This document shows positions 12,550-24,888 of a stretch of DNA of 64,000 bases, piece by piece. Both the position numbers and the translations under genes were made by a program. Location: NCBI GenBank assembly GCA_016748015.1, contig JAAOMT010000040.1, forward strand, positions 750,754 to 814,753, written 5' to 3'. Within the stretch, counting starts at the first letter, position 1. Each line of letters begins with the position of its first letter. The notes under the pieces were generated by a model. It searched no databases and was not told the origin of the DNA. It saw only the letters and a program-made list of their open reading frames with translations. This stretch comes from Geosiphon pyriformis uo1 (lineage: Eukaryota; Fungi; Glomeromycota).

Positions 12550-13816
12550 ATGTATGCTTCTATTATTGAAGAATATCTCAATACTACCAAATACACTCTT
12601 TGGTCAATTCTATCTATTTTACAATACATAGAATCCAACCATGGTTTATCCATTGATAATGTGAGCATCCTCGAAGATGAGATCTATGCTAGACTTCATC
12701 ACCACCAGCAGCGACCAAATATGCAACAAAGGGCCATTAATAAATTAAAAACCCTATTAAATGATCAGCATCAGTGGTTTAATACAATAGAAGTTGAAAG
12801 TTTTATGGATGAACTTCAAAAGAAAGAAGAAAAAGAAAGTGATGATGAAAATGCAAGTGATATCGCTTCAGAAAGTGATATCATTCACTCTGACGTGGAA
12901 GAAAAAATGCACGAGCTGGTAAGTTAAATAGGTTTTTATGTTGTTACTCTTTATTTGTGTAGAAAATCATTTAAATAACTAACGTCTTTACTGTTTTTTA
13001 AAATAGAATTATCCAGAAGAACTTGAAGAATCTACAAATAAGAGAGAGGATGAGTCAGATGAAAAATGGATTCTTTCAACAGGAAAAGATGTTTATGAAG
13101 TTTTAAACGAGTTTAAATCAAAAATTCCACCGACAAATGCTTATCTCTAGTAATTATTAAATGATTATTCTGTTTCATAAAGGATATAATTGCTAATATT
13201 CTAATTTTTATTTATCAGTCCAGCATACTTTGGGATTCTTGATTTGTCTGGAGAAGAACCAGAAGTCATGGAATTGTTTACTGCTGAAGAATGGGCTGAA
13301 ATGAAGACAGACTTTGACAAAACAGTAGTCCTCAAAGAAATGGACACAACGGAAGAAGCATTACTCTATGATTTGTTTGATAAAATTGAGCAGGTAAATA
13401 TGTTTCTTTTGGATTTTTTTTGCGAAATCGTGGTTAATATTAATTCTATCTAGGTATTGGAAAAAAAAAATCAAAGGACATCGTCACGGATATCGAGGAG
13501 TGTATTATTAAGGTTTTAATTTTGAAAATTGATTCATTTGGATTTATTTATTTTCAAATCGAAATTTATCTATTTAATTTCGAAATTTATTTATTTCATT
13601 TCGAACTTCTTTTAATTTCAAAACTATTTTAATTTTAGGGACATCTGAAGATAAATGTAATCCGACGAGTGATTCAAACATAGTACGTATCTTTATTTAA
13701 TTTTTTTTTTGCATTACGATTTAATATAAGCGTTCACACAAAATGCTATGTAGTGTCTACAATTTGGATCGATTAAAGCCACCTATGTCAGAAAGTTCTT
13801 TCTCAATAACTTTACC
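12550..13816 (+). pseudogene. truncated multi-exon gene of an expanded early-diverging-fungal family (Crinkler/REase-associated-like)
   Basis: Spliced reading gives KWILSTGKDV, PAYFGILDLS, LFTAEEW and ends at MSESSF where the inverted arm begins; family assignment is from memory of such motifs. Confidence 0.5.
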
Positions 13817-16800
13817 AGGATGCTCACATTATCAATAGATAAACCATGCTTGGATTCTATGTATTGTAAAATAGATAGAATTGACCATCGATTGTATTTG
13901 GTAGTATTGAGATATTCTTCAATAATAGAATCATACATTCTGAAAAGAAATAAGTCATTCATTAAGTTGCTGTGTGTATAATAATAGACAAGACCAACTT
14001 GATTGAGAATCAGCCTTTGGACATGCATGTACCAAAGGGATTCAGCAGATTGCTTCCAACCATCTGACGCAGGAGCAAATGGCCAGTACGCCAGTAGGAA
14101 AACATGGCAAAATCAGCCTTTGGGCACGCACGTATGCACCAAAAGGGATCCAGATTTTGCTTCCAACCACCTGACGCAGGAGCAAAGGCCAATACGCCAA
14201 TATGAAAAAATACCTAGATAATGAAGATGGGTTTAACAGTCAGTTGAAAATCATTTTTTTTTGATTGATTAAGCTTTTTATATAGCATACCGTCAGAAAT
14301 TCGATATCTTTGGGCTAACTAATAAATAAAGTCCAACGTGAAAAACTCTAAATAAAACACCGATACCACCTATTAACACTTTAATATTTAATGAGCATCA
14401 TTTATTCATTTTACAATGTTGATGTTAAATAATTTTGAAATTTTCCCGTTTGTGTCCATATAGCCTAAACACCACAATCCGTTGTAGCTGAACATAACTA
14501 ATTAAATCATTCAATTTTACATCGAATTGATTAGCATCCCATTTACAAATGCCATATACTTCACATTCAGTGAGAAAAGAACAAGGATAAGGCAAAACAA
14601 TTTCTTGGTTTTGATTTTCGAGGATAACCTTTTGAAGGCGAAATAGGGATTGTAAGACTGGTTGCAAAGGATTAACTGTGCTTTGGAGGCTGCTATTCTT
14701 TTTCAGCTGCAGTTTGAGGCTTTTTATGGAGTTTGGAATCTCTGTTATTAACAGTGTTTGAATTCATTGATTTCATTTTTACTGAATCAAAAGAAAGTGT
14801 AGAACAATTTTATATTTTGCAAATTTCAGTGAGAAGTTGTATACGGTAAATATCCTTTTGAAAGAAGCTTATTTATTACTTTTATGTTATAACCGATCGA
14901 TTTTCGATCAGCGCCACTGTGGCTTCTTCAATGGCCACATTGGATGATCGGTCTCTGTTATAATTTTCCAAAAACTATTGAGGAAAATATTTACAAAATT
15001 TAGAAACCAAATAAATTTTATCGATTAACAAACTCTGATTATAAATATTACCCATATTTAAGTCTCTATAATTAATTTATTTGATATTTAGTAATTATAT
15101 AATTTCTAAATATTTTATTTATACATGGATCAAATTGCTTTTGAAAAAAGATTTTTTTTTCTATTTTTTAAGAGACTTGATCAGTTTTTATAAATCTATG
15201 GTATATATAAAAGAGTTTTAAGTCTTGATTTTCTTGGTAATAATATCTTTAAATATAATATGTCATATTTGAACAAACTAAAATCTTTTAAATTATATTG
15301 ATATTAATATTCATAATTTTTTTATAACTTTTTTGTTGAAAAACTTCTTTTTCTATTTTTTAAAAAAACTACAAAAAACAATAGTTGCAGAAAGTCTTGA
15401 GCCAAATCATACTTATTTTCATCAAATGATGGGTGATCGTAAAAGTAAAATTAAATAAATTAAGCAATTATATTTCGGACAGTGAATAAAGAGAGTTTGA
15501 TAGTGAGATAATTAATTTTCCCGATCCATTTTTATGCCTATACTGGTTATTCTATAAATAAGTAATGAGTATAATTTAGGTCGTCAGATAAATAAAAAAT
15601 TCAACTCCGTTGAAGTAATATTCACCATCTGAATGTTTGGATAATTATGAGAAGAATTTTTATGAAGTTTATTATTTGAACAACTCGAATTAGAAAGTGA
15701 TCTAGTAGATTTTTTTAAAATTGCAATTGTTTCTTGTGTAAATATTAAATTTCTTGAAAATTTTTTTTTTTTTATATAGTTTTGCAGCAACTATGAGACA
15801 CGTCAATTCAAGCTTCTCATTTCATTATGATCCTTATTTTGGTAAAATCATAGGATATTGTTGTCCAGAATCATATCTCTGCTTTTCATTCATTTGTAAA
15901 TTGCTTAACTCAATTACATAGAGTAAAGTTAGAAAAATTTTTAGTATATTGTATGATTAAGCAGTTAATTTCGCAAAGATGTTTCCAAATACCATAAATA
16001 AATTTGAAAATATTTATAATTCCAGTGTTCAATTAGCCAGTTAATCAAGCATTTAAATTTTGTTTAAGATGAACAAACTCTTTTAAAATAATTTTGCTTC
16101 TTCCTAATTTAACGATTATTTTTTATCCACTAGCTTTTTAATCACAAAAAGAAAGTAGAGATCAAATTAAAATTGTAAGAATAATTTAATATTTTTGTTA
16201 AAGTTCTTAAATTTACAGGAAATTGCACAAAAATTATTATGAAATAATAAAATAAAATAAAACTTGAAACAGAATAATTTTGAAAAATTTAAATATAATT
16301 GTAGATCCAAAATTGAATATTCGCAAGCCTTTACAAAAAATTAGAAATTGTCTTGATACACTTTATGCTTTAAATCCCAGATTTTGAAATTTGAAAAAAA
16401 TTTCATTTCCAACTTAATGAAAAAGAAATTAAGAAGTATAGAAATTTCATTTGTGGTCTTAAACATAAGCTAAATAATCTTTAATGCATTGATCCCATAG
16501 AGGCTGATTTTTTTAATTATGACCATAGTTGCAACTAGAACTTCAATTCTTTTTGAAATAATGGTAATAACTTGACATACTAATATTGTATTTTTTTTCC
16601 AATGGTAAAATATTTTGTAATTTAAATACACTAAATTTTCTTTTTAATGTTTCAAATCATACTGAGAATATTGAGCGAAGTTTAGCTATTAAAATGTCAC
16701 TCAAAGCTTTATTTAATATCAAGAACCAATTAAAAAGTTCAATTTCCCTTATCACTTTTCTTTTGGGACTAAACTATATCTTGTTGAAAAAGCGCTGGAG

Positions 16801-17429
16801 GCTCCTAAAGAAGTTGAAATAAGAAAAAAGCAAAATTCTAATGTTCTTTCAATTCGCACCGATCATATAATTAATTGGACAATCGCTGTTATACAAGAAA
16901 AAATATTTTACCCATCCCAAATTTTAAAAGCCAGATAATTTTTTTCCCAAACCAGATATTTCACAGCCTGTTAATTTATCTAGTCTCAATAAGAGTTTTG
17001 ACACTAAAAGAAAATTTATATCAAAAAGAATTTCCCAAGAGAGAAAAACTCTCATAGGTCAATCCCAGTACGATATTCTGAAATTTTATATGGTGCAAAC
17101 CATTTATAGTCATCAAACAATTTATATAATTTTAAATTGTATCTAGTCTTCCAATTTTAATAATATTAAAAAACTAAACTGTAAATATGATAGATTAAGT
17201 TCTTCTCTTTCACATTTACAGTTTAATTTTTTGAATTATATTATATTTTATAAAGTTATTAAAGTTTAAAATTAGCCACTTCTATTATTAATCTTTAATT
17301 TTCGGATGCCGATCAATCAGATTTTAGCCAATAAGCAATCATTAAAGTCACGTTACCACGTAATAAATCATCAAAGTATTATCATTTTCAGAAAGGTTTT
17401 CAATAAATATTATTCTAATCATTAGATGA

Positions 17430-20300
17430 TCACTTTTTTATAAAAATATAATATCTCTCGGCCTGCATGTCTTCTGCTGGTGACATGGCACCATTAATCA
17501 TAAATATTCCATTTACACCACTATTATATTCGGTTATCATTATCAAGACAAAAACCCAAATATCAATATTGTTTATATCAGGTGCCAAAACAATCATAAA
17601 AGTACTATAAATAATTGTCAAAGAATTTGGGAATGTCATTTGCACTTTATTTGTAATCTTGTGTTTTTCTTGATAAACATTGGAAACAACCAGCTATGGT
17701 GCTGGAAGCAGCAGATTTGAAGCAAGAATTAGAATAATTGTAATATAATTGGCTGTTAACTTAAGAGTAATACTGTGAACAAAATATTTACTATTAAGAA
17801 ACATTGTAAAAGATCAATTACTCATCTTAACTATTATATCTTGAAACAAGAGTGCAGCTCAAAATTTATGAAAAAAATTAATACAATTAATTTTTTAATA
17901 AATAAACTCTGCAGTAAATTATAGATGACTTAACATTATATATTATAATGTTTAAAGCATGCATCTTAGAGTGAGCAATACTATTTGATGACTTGGTAGA
18001 TGTCTCTAATTTCTTTTTATTCATGGTTAAAAAAGTCTGCCAAATGCTTTTGTAAACACTATAATTGTTGACTTTCATGTAATTCTTAGGTTTTTTTGTA
18101 TAGTAAGTTCAATATCTGTCTTGTTATCTAATATTTAATCAATAATTTGCATTCTATCAAAGTTGGTTTCTTTTTCTATGTATTTGTTTTCATTATGTAA
18201 ATACATTAGTTCAGACAGATATGAAGTTTTTTCTGAAAATCTTAAAACAAAGCTTTCAAAATAAATTAAGGAAACTGAATAGAATAATGTTGTAGTTGAA
18301 AACAATTGATCATATAACTTGACTATTAAATTAGACAAAATATATGGCTGGCTAATATTTGTATCATCCGAAACTTTGATTTTCAACTTTATTTTTCTAA
18401 ATGTTTATTTTATATATGCTAATTTTCAAAGACATTTGTTAGTTTTTGTTGTTGTATAGTGGCATATAATAATAGAAATATAAATAGAAAAAAAATTTGT
18501 TTATTTTGAGTTTTTAATGTATTATCAATTGATTTTTGATTAAGAATATACTGCATAAAAGAAATCAAAACAGATTCTGTTAAAAAACTTTCTATAATTT
18601 ATGGTGTTAAATAGTATATTATGTGTACTAATATAACTTCAGATACAAAGAGAAGTATTTTTCTAATTGTTAATAGTAGTAAAAAATTTCAATACCACTA
18701 CATATGAAGATTTATATACATGAATATTATTGTTATTAAATTCTTCAAGATATCCTATAAATAGATTCTATGGAATTAAACTTACAGTAATTACATAATA
18801 ATTTTAAAACAAATGTTATATCTTAAACATAATATAACATTTTTCTACAATATCTTGCATCATATATTTTTCAATAACTGATGTTTTGAACACTTTTTTT
18901 TTGTAAAATTTTAGGAATAGATTGTGTTTTATCTGGTAAAAGAAATAATTAAAAGCTTAAAAATGTAAAACATAAGAGTAGCATTTATGATTAAAAATTA
19001 ATTTAATTAGATCTGAAAAAAAAAGAATCTGCAAACCATTTTTGCAATCTATAAAAGATAAAAAACAGTAAGCAACTTTGAAAATTTTGACCAGCATCAT
19101 TTTTATTATAATGTAAATACTTATTTTGAATTTACAAATAACTTTTCAATGATTATAATATTGTATTTCAAAGAATTACTTGGATCTAAAAGATATATGA
19201 AATTCTCTGTAATAAAAGTTTCTGGTTAAATTTAATATTTGAATGATGAATTATACCAAAAAAAATATAATAACTAAAATACTTATTATATATTCGACCA
19301 AATTATGATCTAATTTTAGAATTGGTTTCTAAGCTGTAAAAAAAATTTCAATTGTTGAATATTTTAACAACTTATTAAAATATTATATATAATAGCTTAT
19401 AATAGTATTCAAGAAACTTATATTAGTTAGTGTTAATTTAGGGGAATTAGGTTGGAATTGAATAATCTTTGGCTTTACCTTGATTAAAAAAACTGAAATT
19501 GTCTTAAAGCTTATAACTTTGAATAACTCTTTTTTATTAATGTTATATATTTTCTAATAAGTTTGTTTTAATGCAAAAAATGTATGAAATGTATTAGTTT
19601 AAATAGATAAAACCCAGATTTTTTTGTAAAGGTCTAATAAACTTCTCACTTGTAAGAATTTGGCATCTTTGAAAATACATAAATTATCATTAAAATACAT
19701 GGCATTTTTAAAATCAATTGTAAATTCTGATTAAATTCATAAATAAATAATATTCTTTTCGAATTTTTTATTAATATAATATAGAAAACATATGTCAAGT
19801 GTTAAGTGACTGATAAGAAAGAAATGCATAGTACCAATTTCGATCATGTTTAAGGATTTTGGTTCTTTGATTACATTATAATATTTTGGATATTTTTCTT
19901 TGGATAATAAATTCATAAATAATTTGGCATATTATCAACTACTGAATATGAAAATAAGAGATCACAACTAGACTGTAATACTAAAAATTGAAATCTATCT
20001 CAAATATTCTTATTTACTATCTTTTTGATCAATATTATTTGCAATAAATCTTTCATTAGCTCTGAGAAATTGGCTTCAATTTGAAAATTAGATTTCTTTT
20101 GAGTTAGTTATTTAATTGTCAATGTTAGATTTTTTTGCCCAAATTTTTTGTCATAAGTCAAAGAGGTTTTTGTGATAACTATTTTTATTAATGTTACCTG
20201 AATTTTCAGTTCAGATGATCTTCTCAATCCCAATAAAAAATTTCTTTTGATTATTGCTGAAGGTGCTTTCTTTGATTGCTTTTTATCCAAAACTACAAAA
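17430..20300 (-). pseudogene. decayed cargo ORF(s) inside the Tc1/mariner element, unknown function
   Basis: C-terminus NNIDIW.FV....TEY..GVN.IF..NGA....QAERYYIFIKK* is conserved in frame in the second copy at ~51835-52010; upstream extent uncertain. Confidence 0.5.
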
Positions 20301-20477
20301 CAGAAATTAAAGTTTAAATTAAAACCAAAGAGATTTAAAAAATAGATATATATCTAAGTTAAAAACGCCATTTTTATTGTAATACAATTTTGTTGTATAA
20401 CATTACATGGTTTAAATTCTTTAATTCTGTTCAAGCACCAATTACACACTAGATTAATATCACATTACATAAAAAAA

Positions 20478-22619
20478 TGCCACTTCATTTTAAAGAAAAA
20501 AGAAAAGCTAAAAATCAAGTTAGAAATATAAAAAAATCATATAAAAAAACACATTATACCACTTTAATAAATAATTATAATATTAAAGTAAACAAATTTA
20601 ACAGATTAAATGTTAGTAATAAAAAGTGAAGTGACAATAATAACAGTAGATGGGATAATACAGAAAATATAGAAGCTGTAATTAGAATAAATATAAAATT
20701 AAAAAAACTTAGTTTAGTATGAAAAAACAACAATCATTTAGAAAAAAAGAAGCAAGACTTTTACATAACAAAAAAATACCAAAGTTAATCTATTATAATA
20801 AATATGGACCAAATGATTTATTCACCAAAGTAGCAGTTGAAACTAAAAAAATTATTACTTTTTTTAATATTAGTAATACTCAAACTACAGGCTTACAATG
20901 GCCCAAATTTAATAAATCTTCAAGTAATTCAGAAAGTAAGGTTGATCTATATGCTAGTTAAATAAAAAAAGGGCAAAAGTTAAAAGAATATTTAAAAAAA
21001 CAACATGTTCAGTTAATTGTTATCAAATATAATCAAAAAAGAGCTATTTTTGAATATTTTACTTTGTTAAATAATAATAATGAACATGAAAAAATTAATG
21101 CCAATTTGAAAATTACCCAGAAGATTTTTATTGATGGTAATATATGAAAAGCATGAAAAATTCGATATTTAGCAAAGTATTAGTTGCTTAATAATAAGCT
21201 TTCAACATTAAAATATAGAAAACATCAAAAAACAATTAAAATAATTGATGATAAAAACATTGTAAAAAGATGTTATATTTGGATTAAAAACCAAACTTTA
21301 ATGTTACTCCAGTCATATTTAAAAAATTTATTGAGCATGAATTGTTTTTTAATATTGGAATAATGAAGAAAAAAAATATTAGTCTTATAACTGTAGTAAG
21401 ATGGCTTAAAATTCTTGGTTATTTATTTCAACAATATCATCAAGGCTTATATTATGATAAACATAAAAAAAATGATATCTTATAATCTCGAAAAGAATTT
21501 TAAAAAAAAATATATGAGCATAAAAAGTATATGTCAAAGTATGAAGATAAATTTATGAATTGAATACATCCTAACTTACTTAATAGAAAAAAAAAGTTTT
21601 TATAGTTCATAATAAATGCATTTTTTATTCAAATAATATTAAATATGGCATATAAGCTAAGCATAAAAATTTGCCACTAAGAAAAAAAGAAAATAAAAGA
21701 TCAATTATAATCAATGAATTTTTAATTGAAATTAATAGATATTTACATTTACAACAAAATAATATAAAAAACTATTTTAATATACCAAAAAAGACACAAT
21801 GCTATTTATAACCTAGTGTAAATTAAGATAATTATTGGACAGCAGACCATCTTTTTAAACAAATTAAATATAAAACAATTCCAATTTTTGAGAAATTATA
21901 TCTAGATTATATAACCATATTTGCTTTTGATAATAGTTCTAATCATGTAGTATTTAGTAAAGATGCTTTAATTGTAAGCAAAATAAATTTAAGTCTAGGT
22001 AAAAAGCAATTATTAATGCAAAATACTTTTTTTGGATTAGATAATCAATTACAATTAATGATCTTTCTGGAAACATATTCAGATGAAAAACTTTAAAGAT
22101 TGCCTAAAAGAATTAAACAAGTATTAATAGAATAAAAAAAATGGTCATTAAAAAGATTAATATTAGAATGCAAAAAATGCAAAAAAAAAATCAAAAATTC
22201 TTTGAAAGTTTTTTGTTGTGCATATTAAGTAATATCTTTGGAATCCAATTTTTTGTTCAAAAAAATACAATTGAAGAATTAATCAAAAGTATAGGACATA
22301 AGTGCATTTTTTTCCAAAATGTCATTGCAAATTAAATTTTATTGAAAGATATTGGGGAGCTGTTAAAAGAATTGCATGTAACAAATACAATTATTCATGG
22401 AAAAAATTACAAAGAACAGTGTCTGAAAGTCTTGAATCAGTATTTTTAATGACTATCAGACGATTTTCAAGAAAATTTTGGTGTTATATAGAGCTTTATA
22501 GAAAAAATCTTAGTGGAAAATTCGTAGAATATGTTATAAAAAAGTATAAATCTCATAGAAGAATTCCAGATAATATTCTTGAAGAATTAGACAAATTAAA
22601 TAATATTCAAACTTTGTAA
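20478..22619 (+). pseudogene. Tc1/mariner DDE transposase, many stops and frameshifts
   Basis: YYDKHK (cf. YxDGHE), VHNKCIFYSNN (cf. THDE..F..ND), FAFDNSSNH, FPKCHCKLNFIERYWGAVKR, KKYKSHRRIP. Confidence 0.85.
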
Positions 22620-23299
22620 TATTGTATTTGGTTTTATATTATATAAAATTTAATAAAATTTTATTTTTTATTATAAATAATATATTAAAAACACATGTAT
22701 ATTAACCAATAAAATTTAATTATATAAATAAAAACACGTGAAGATCATCATTTAAAATTTCGGACTGATCTACATTTTTGATGATTATAAATGGTTTGCA
22801 CCATATACATTTCATTGCTACTTTCTTTAAAAATTTTATAAAATGATATTAGTTTACACTTTTTATATTTTTAACTTTCGAACCTCACTAAAACCAGCAG
22901 CATTTAAATTTTTAAGTTTGATTTTGAATATATGTCTAATCAAGCAATATTAATAACATTTTGGTTTTTTAATTTTCAAATAAATATGTGCAATATCCAA
23001 TTAAAATGAACTAAATCCTTCTGAAAGGTGAACATTTAAAATACTGTTGCATTAAAACATTAATGCAGAACGTTTATGCGGTAAAATATTAAAAAGATCG
23101 ACAGCCATTTTTTAGGTTTGTAAATTAATAATTTCGGACTTTGAAGATTTCAAATGTCAAAGTGAATTGCTGCTAAAGAATTGAAAATGTTTACATTTCC
23201 AATTAAAACTACTTGCAATCTCCTTGGTTCTATATTAATTGGCTTCAATATGAAACTTTACATCAATAAAGCTCTTTGATATGGACGTTAAAATCAAAA

Positions 23300-24000
23300 G
23301 GTTTTTTTTTTTGCTTCGAAGCTGACTATTATTATGCTGTTTCAGCATGTCTTCATTATAAATTCAAAACATGATCGATTTAGCAAGTTTTAATTAGTCC
23401 AATTGCTTTAAGGTTGAGTTTTAATTTATTTTGGATAATAAAGATTTGGAAAATACACTTTTCTCAGTTATTATAAACCACTTTAAATATTCTTTTTTCC
23501 CATCTAATTATTAAATAGTATAACTAGAAATTAAATTAAAATATTTTTTCCAAATAAATAAACAGTTTAGCGATTATTTGAAAAATAAAAACTTTTTAAG
23601 GTTTTTGACTATTTACAATAGACATTACAAGGATCTTTATTGGGAGAAAATCCTTAATTTGAGGCTTTCCTGTTGCAAATTCTCATAATAATATGAATAT
23701 ACCCAGCAATTTTATACATTTCTCTCTTAAAAATTCTATTGAATTAATTCATATATTCCCTTTTTTCCTTGCTGCTATCGTTTTATTGTTTACAAATTGA
23801 CATAATCTAAGGTCATCAACTCTTATTTTATGTTTAGTATATTCTACGTGATTGTCAGCTAAATTTTTGAATGAATAGTTTCTTCTTAAACAAATATTAT
23901 CCATAGAACAAAGATTTATCTGCATGGTATATCTGCATTTAGCATAACCTATTTGTATTGCTTTCTGAAACAACATATCAATTATCCAAAACCTCAAGCT
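23300..24000 (-). pseudogene. relic of a tyrosine-kinase-like protein kinase gene
   Basis: Minus-strand fragments in correct order: DLRLCQ (cf. DLGLCQ), KKGNI, ILL*EFATGKP (cf. ILLWEFATGKP), FIMKTC*N (cf. LMKxCWN). Confidence 0.5.
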
Positions 24001-24888
24001 ATTGATTTTGTGAACAACTATATATTTAGTCTTTTTTCAATCGAAATATATTTTGACCTTACTCGAATTCTTAAAATGAGGAGTATCCCAATTTTATACT
24101 ATCAAACAGATTTCTATTTGCAAAAGAAATCGGAAAAAATAAAATAAATTCTAATCATAAAACGTGTGTTACTGCTTCCAAAATTTTATTTTTATTCACT
24201 AAAAGAAACAAAAACTGAAATGGGTTATTTAATTTTATCTTTGAAAAGTCTATTTTCAAAAAAAGGAGATTATAATTGCCTCTATAGCAAACCTATTCGT
24301 GAAATCTAGCTTCACTTTATAATTTTAATTTTGAGATAACATAAAAAAAAAAAAAAAAAAGAAAATTCTAAAAGATCTTTTTTTTATTTCTCTAAAGCGA
24401 GAAATTGAATAACTGGACTTTGAACTTCATATACGCTTTTTGCTCGTAACTAATCAAACAATATAATATAAAAATATGACTATCACTTATTTATCGAAGG
24501 TTGATACCAACCTTCTCAATTTTCAAAATTTTTAACATTGAAGAGATAGTTAAAAAATTTCATACTTCTTCATAATTGATTAGTGGTTAAATATATAACT
24601 AATTATTCTTACAATCGAAATTTTGACCCATTGATTTTTCGTTTGGATGAGTGAATTCCAACTTGACAATTTTTTGAAAAATCAAAAAGTTTAAAAAATT
24701 TCAAAATCATAATATCATATTAGGGTTTGCGAGAAAAACAGATTGCCAGTTAGGAAACTAAAAAGTCTCACTAAGTTTCATAGCCTATACTAAATTAACT
24801 TATGATAATTTACATATCTGCTCTAGTAAAACATATTAGCTCTAGGAGCTTTAATTTTAATAAACACTATATATTCTAAAAAATAATA

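Larger units (their letters stand above)
12230..14236. mobile_element. foldback-like structure: ~430-bp inverted arms (12230-12671 and 13817-14236) enclosing a truncated gene
   Basis: Arms are reverse complements, both containing a 107-bp tandem repeat and the coding start MY(A/D)SIIEEYLNTTKY..WSILSILQYIES.HGLSIDNVSIL. Confidence 0.85.
17091..22804 (+). mobile_element. 5.7-kb Tc1/mariner (IS630-like) DNA transposon, decayed, with TIRs and TA target duplication
   Basis: Left TA|TGGTGCAAACCATTTATAGTCATCAAA, right TTTGATGATTATAAATGGTTTGCACCA|TA; internal DDE transposase relic. Confidence 0.9.

Noticed and set aside
14003-14221. Short ORFs in the inverted arms (also 12187-12381)
   Set aside because: Translations of the non-coding 107-bp repeat
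15450-17000. Possible LRR/F-box or kinase pseudogene
   Set aside because: Coding-like patches but no diagnostic motif recovered
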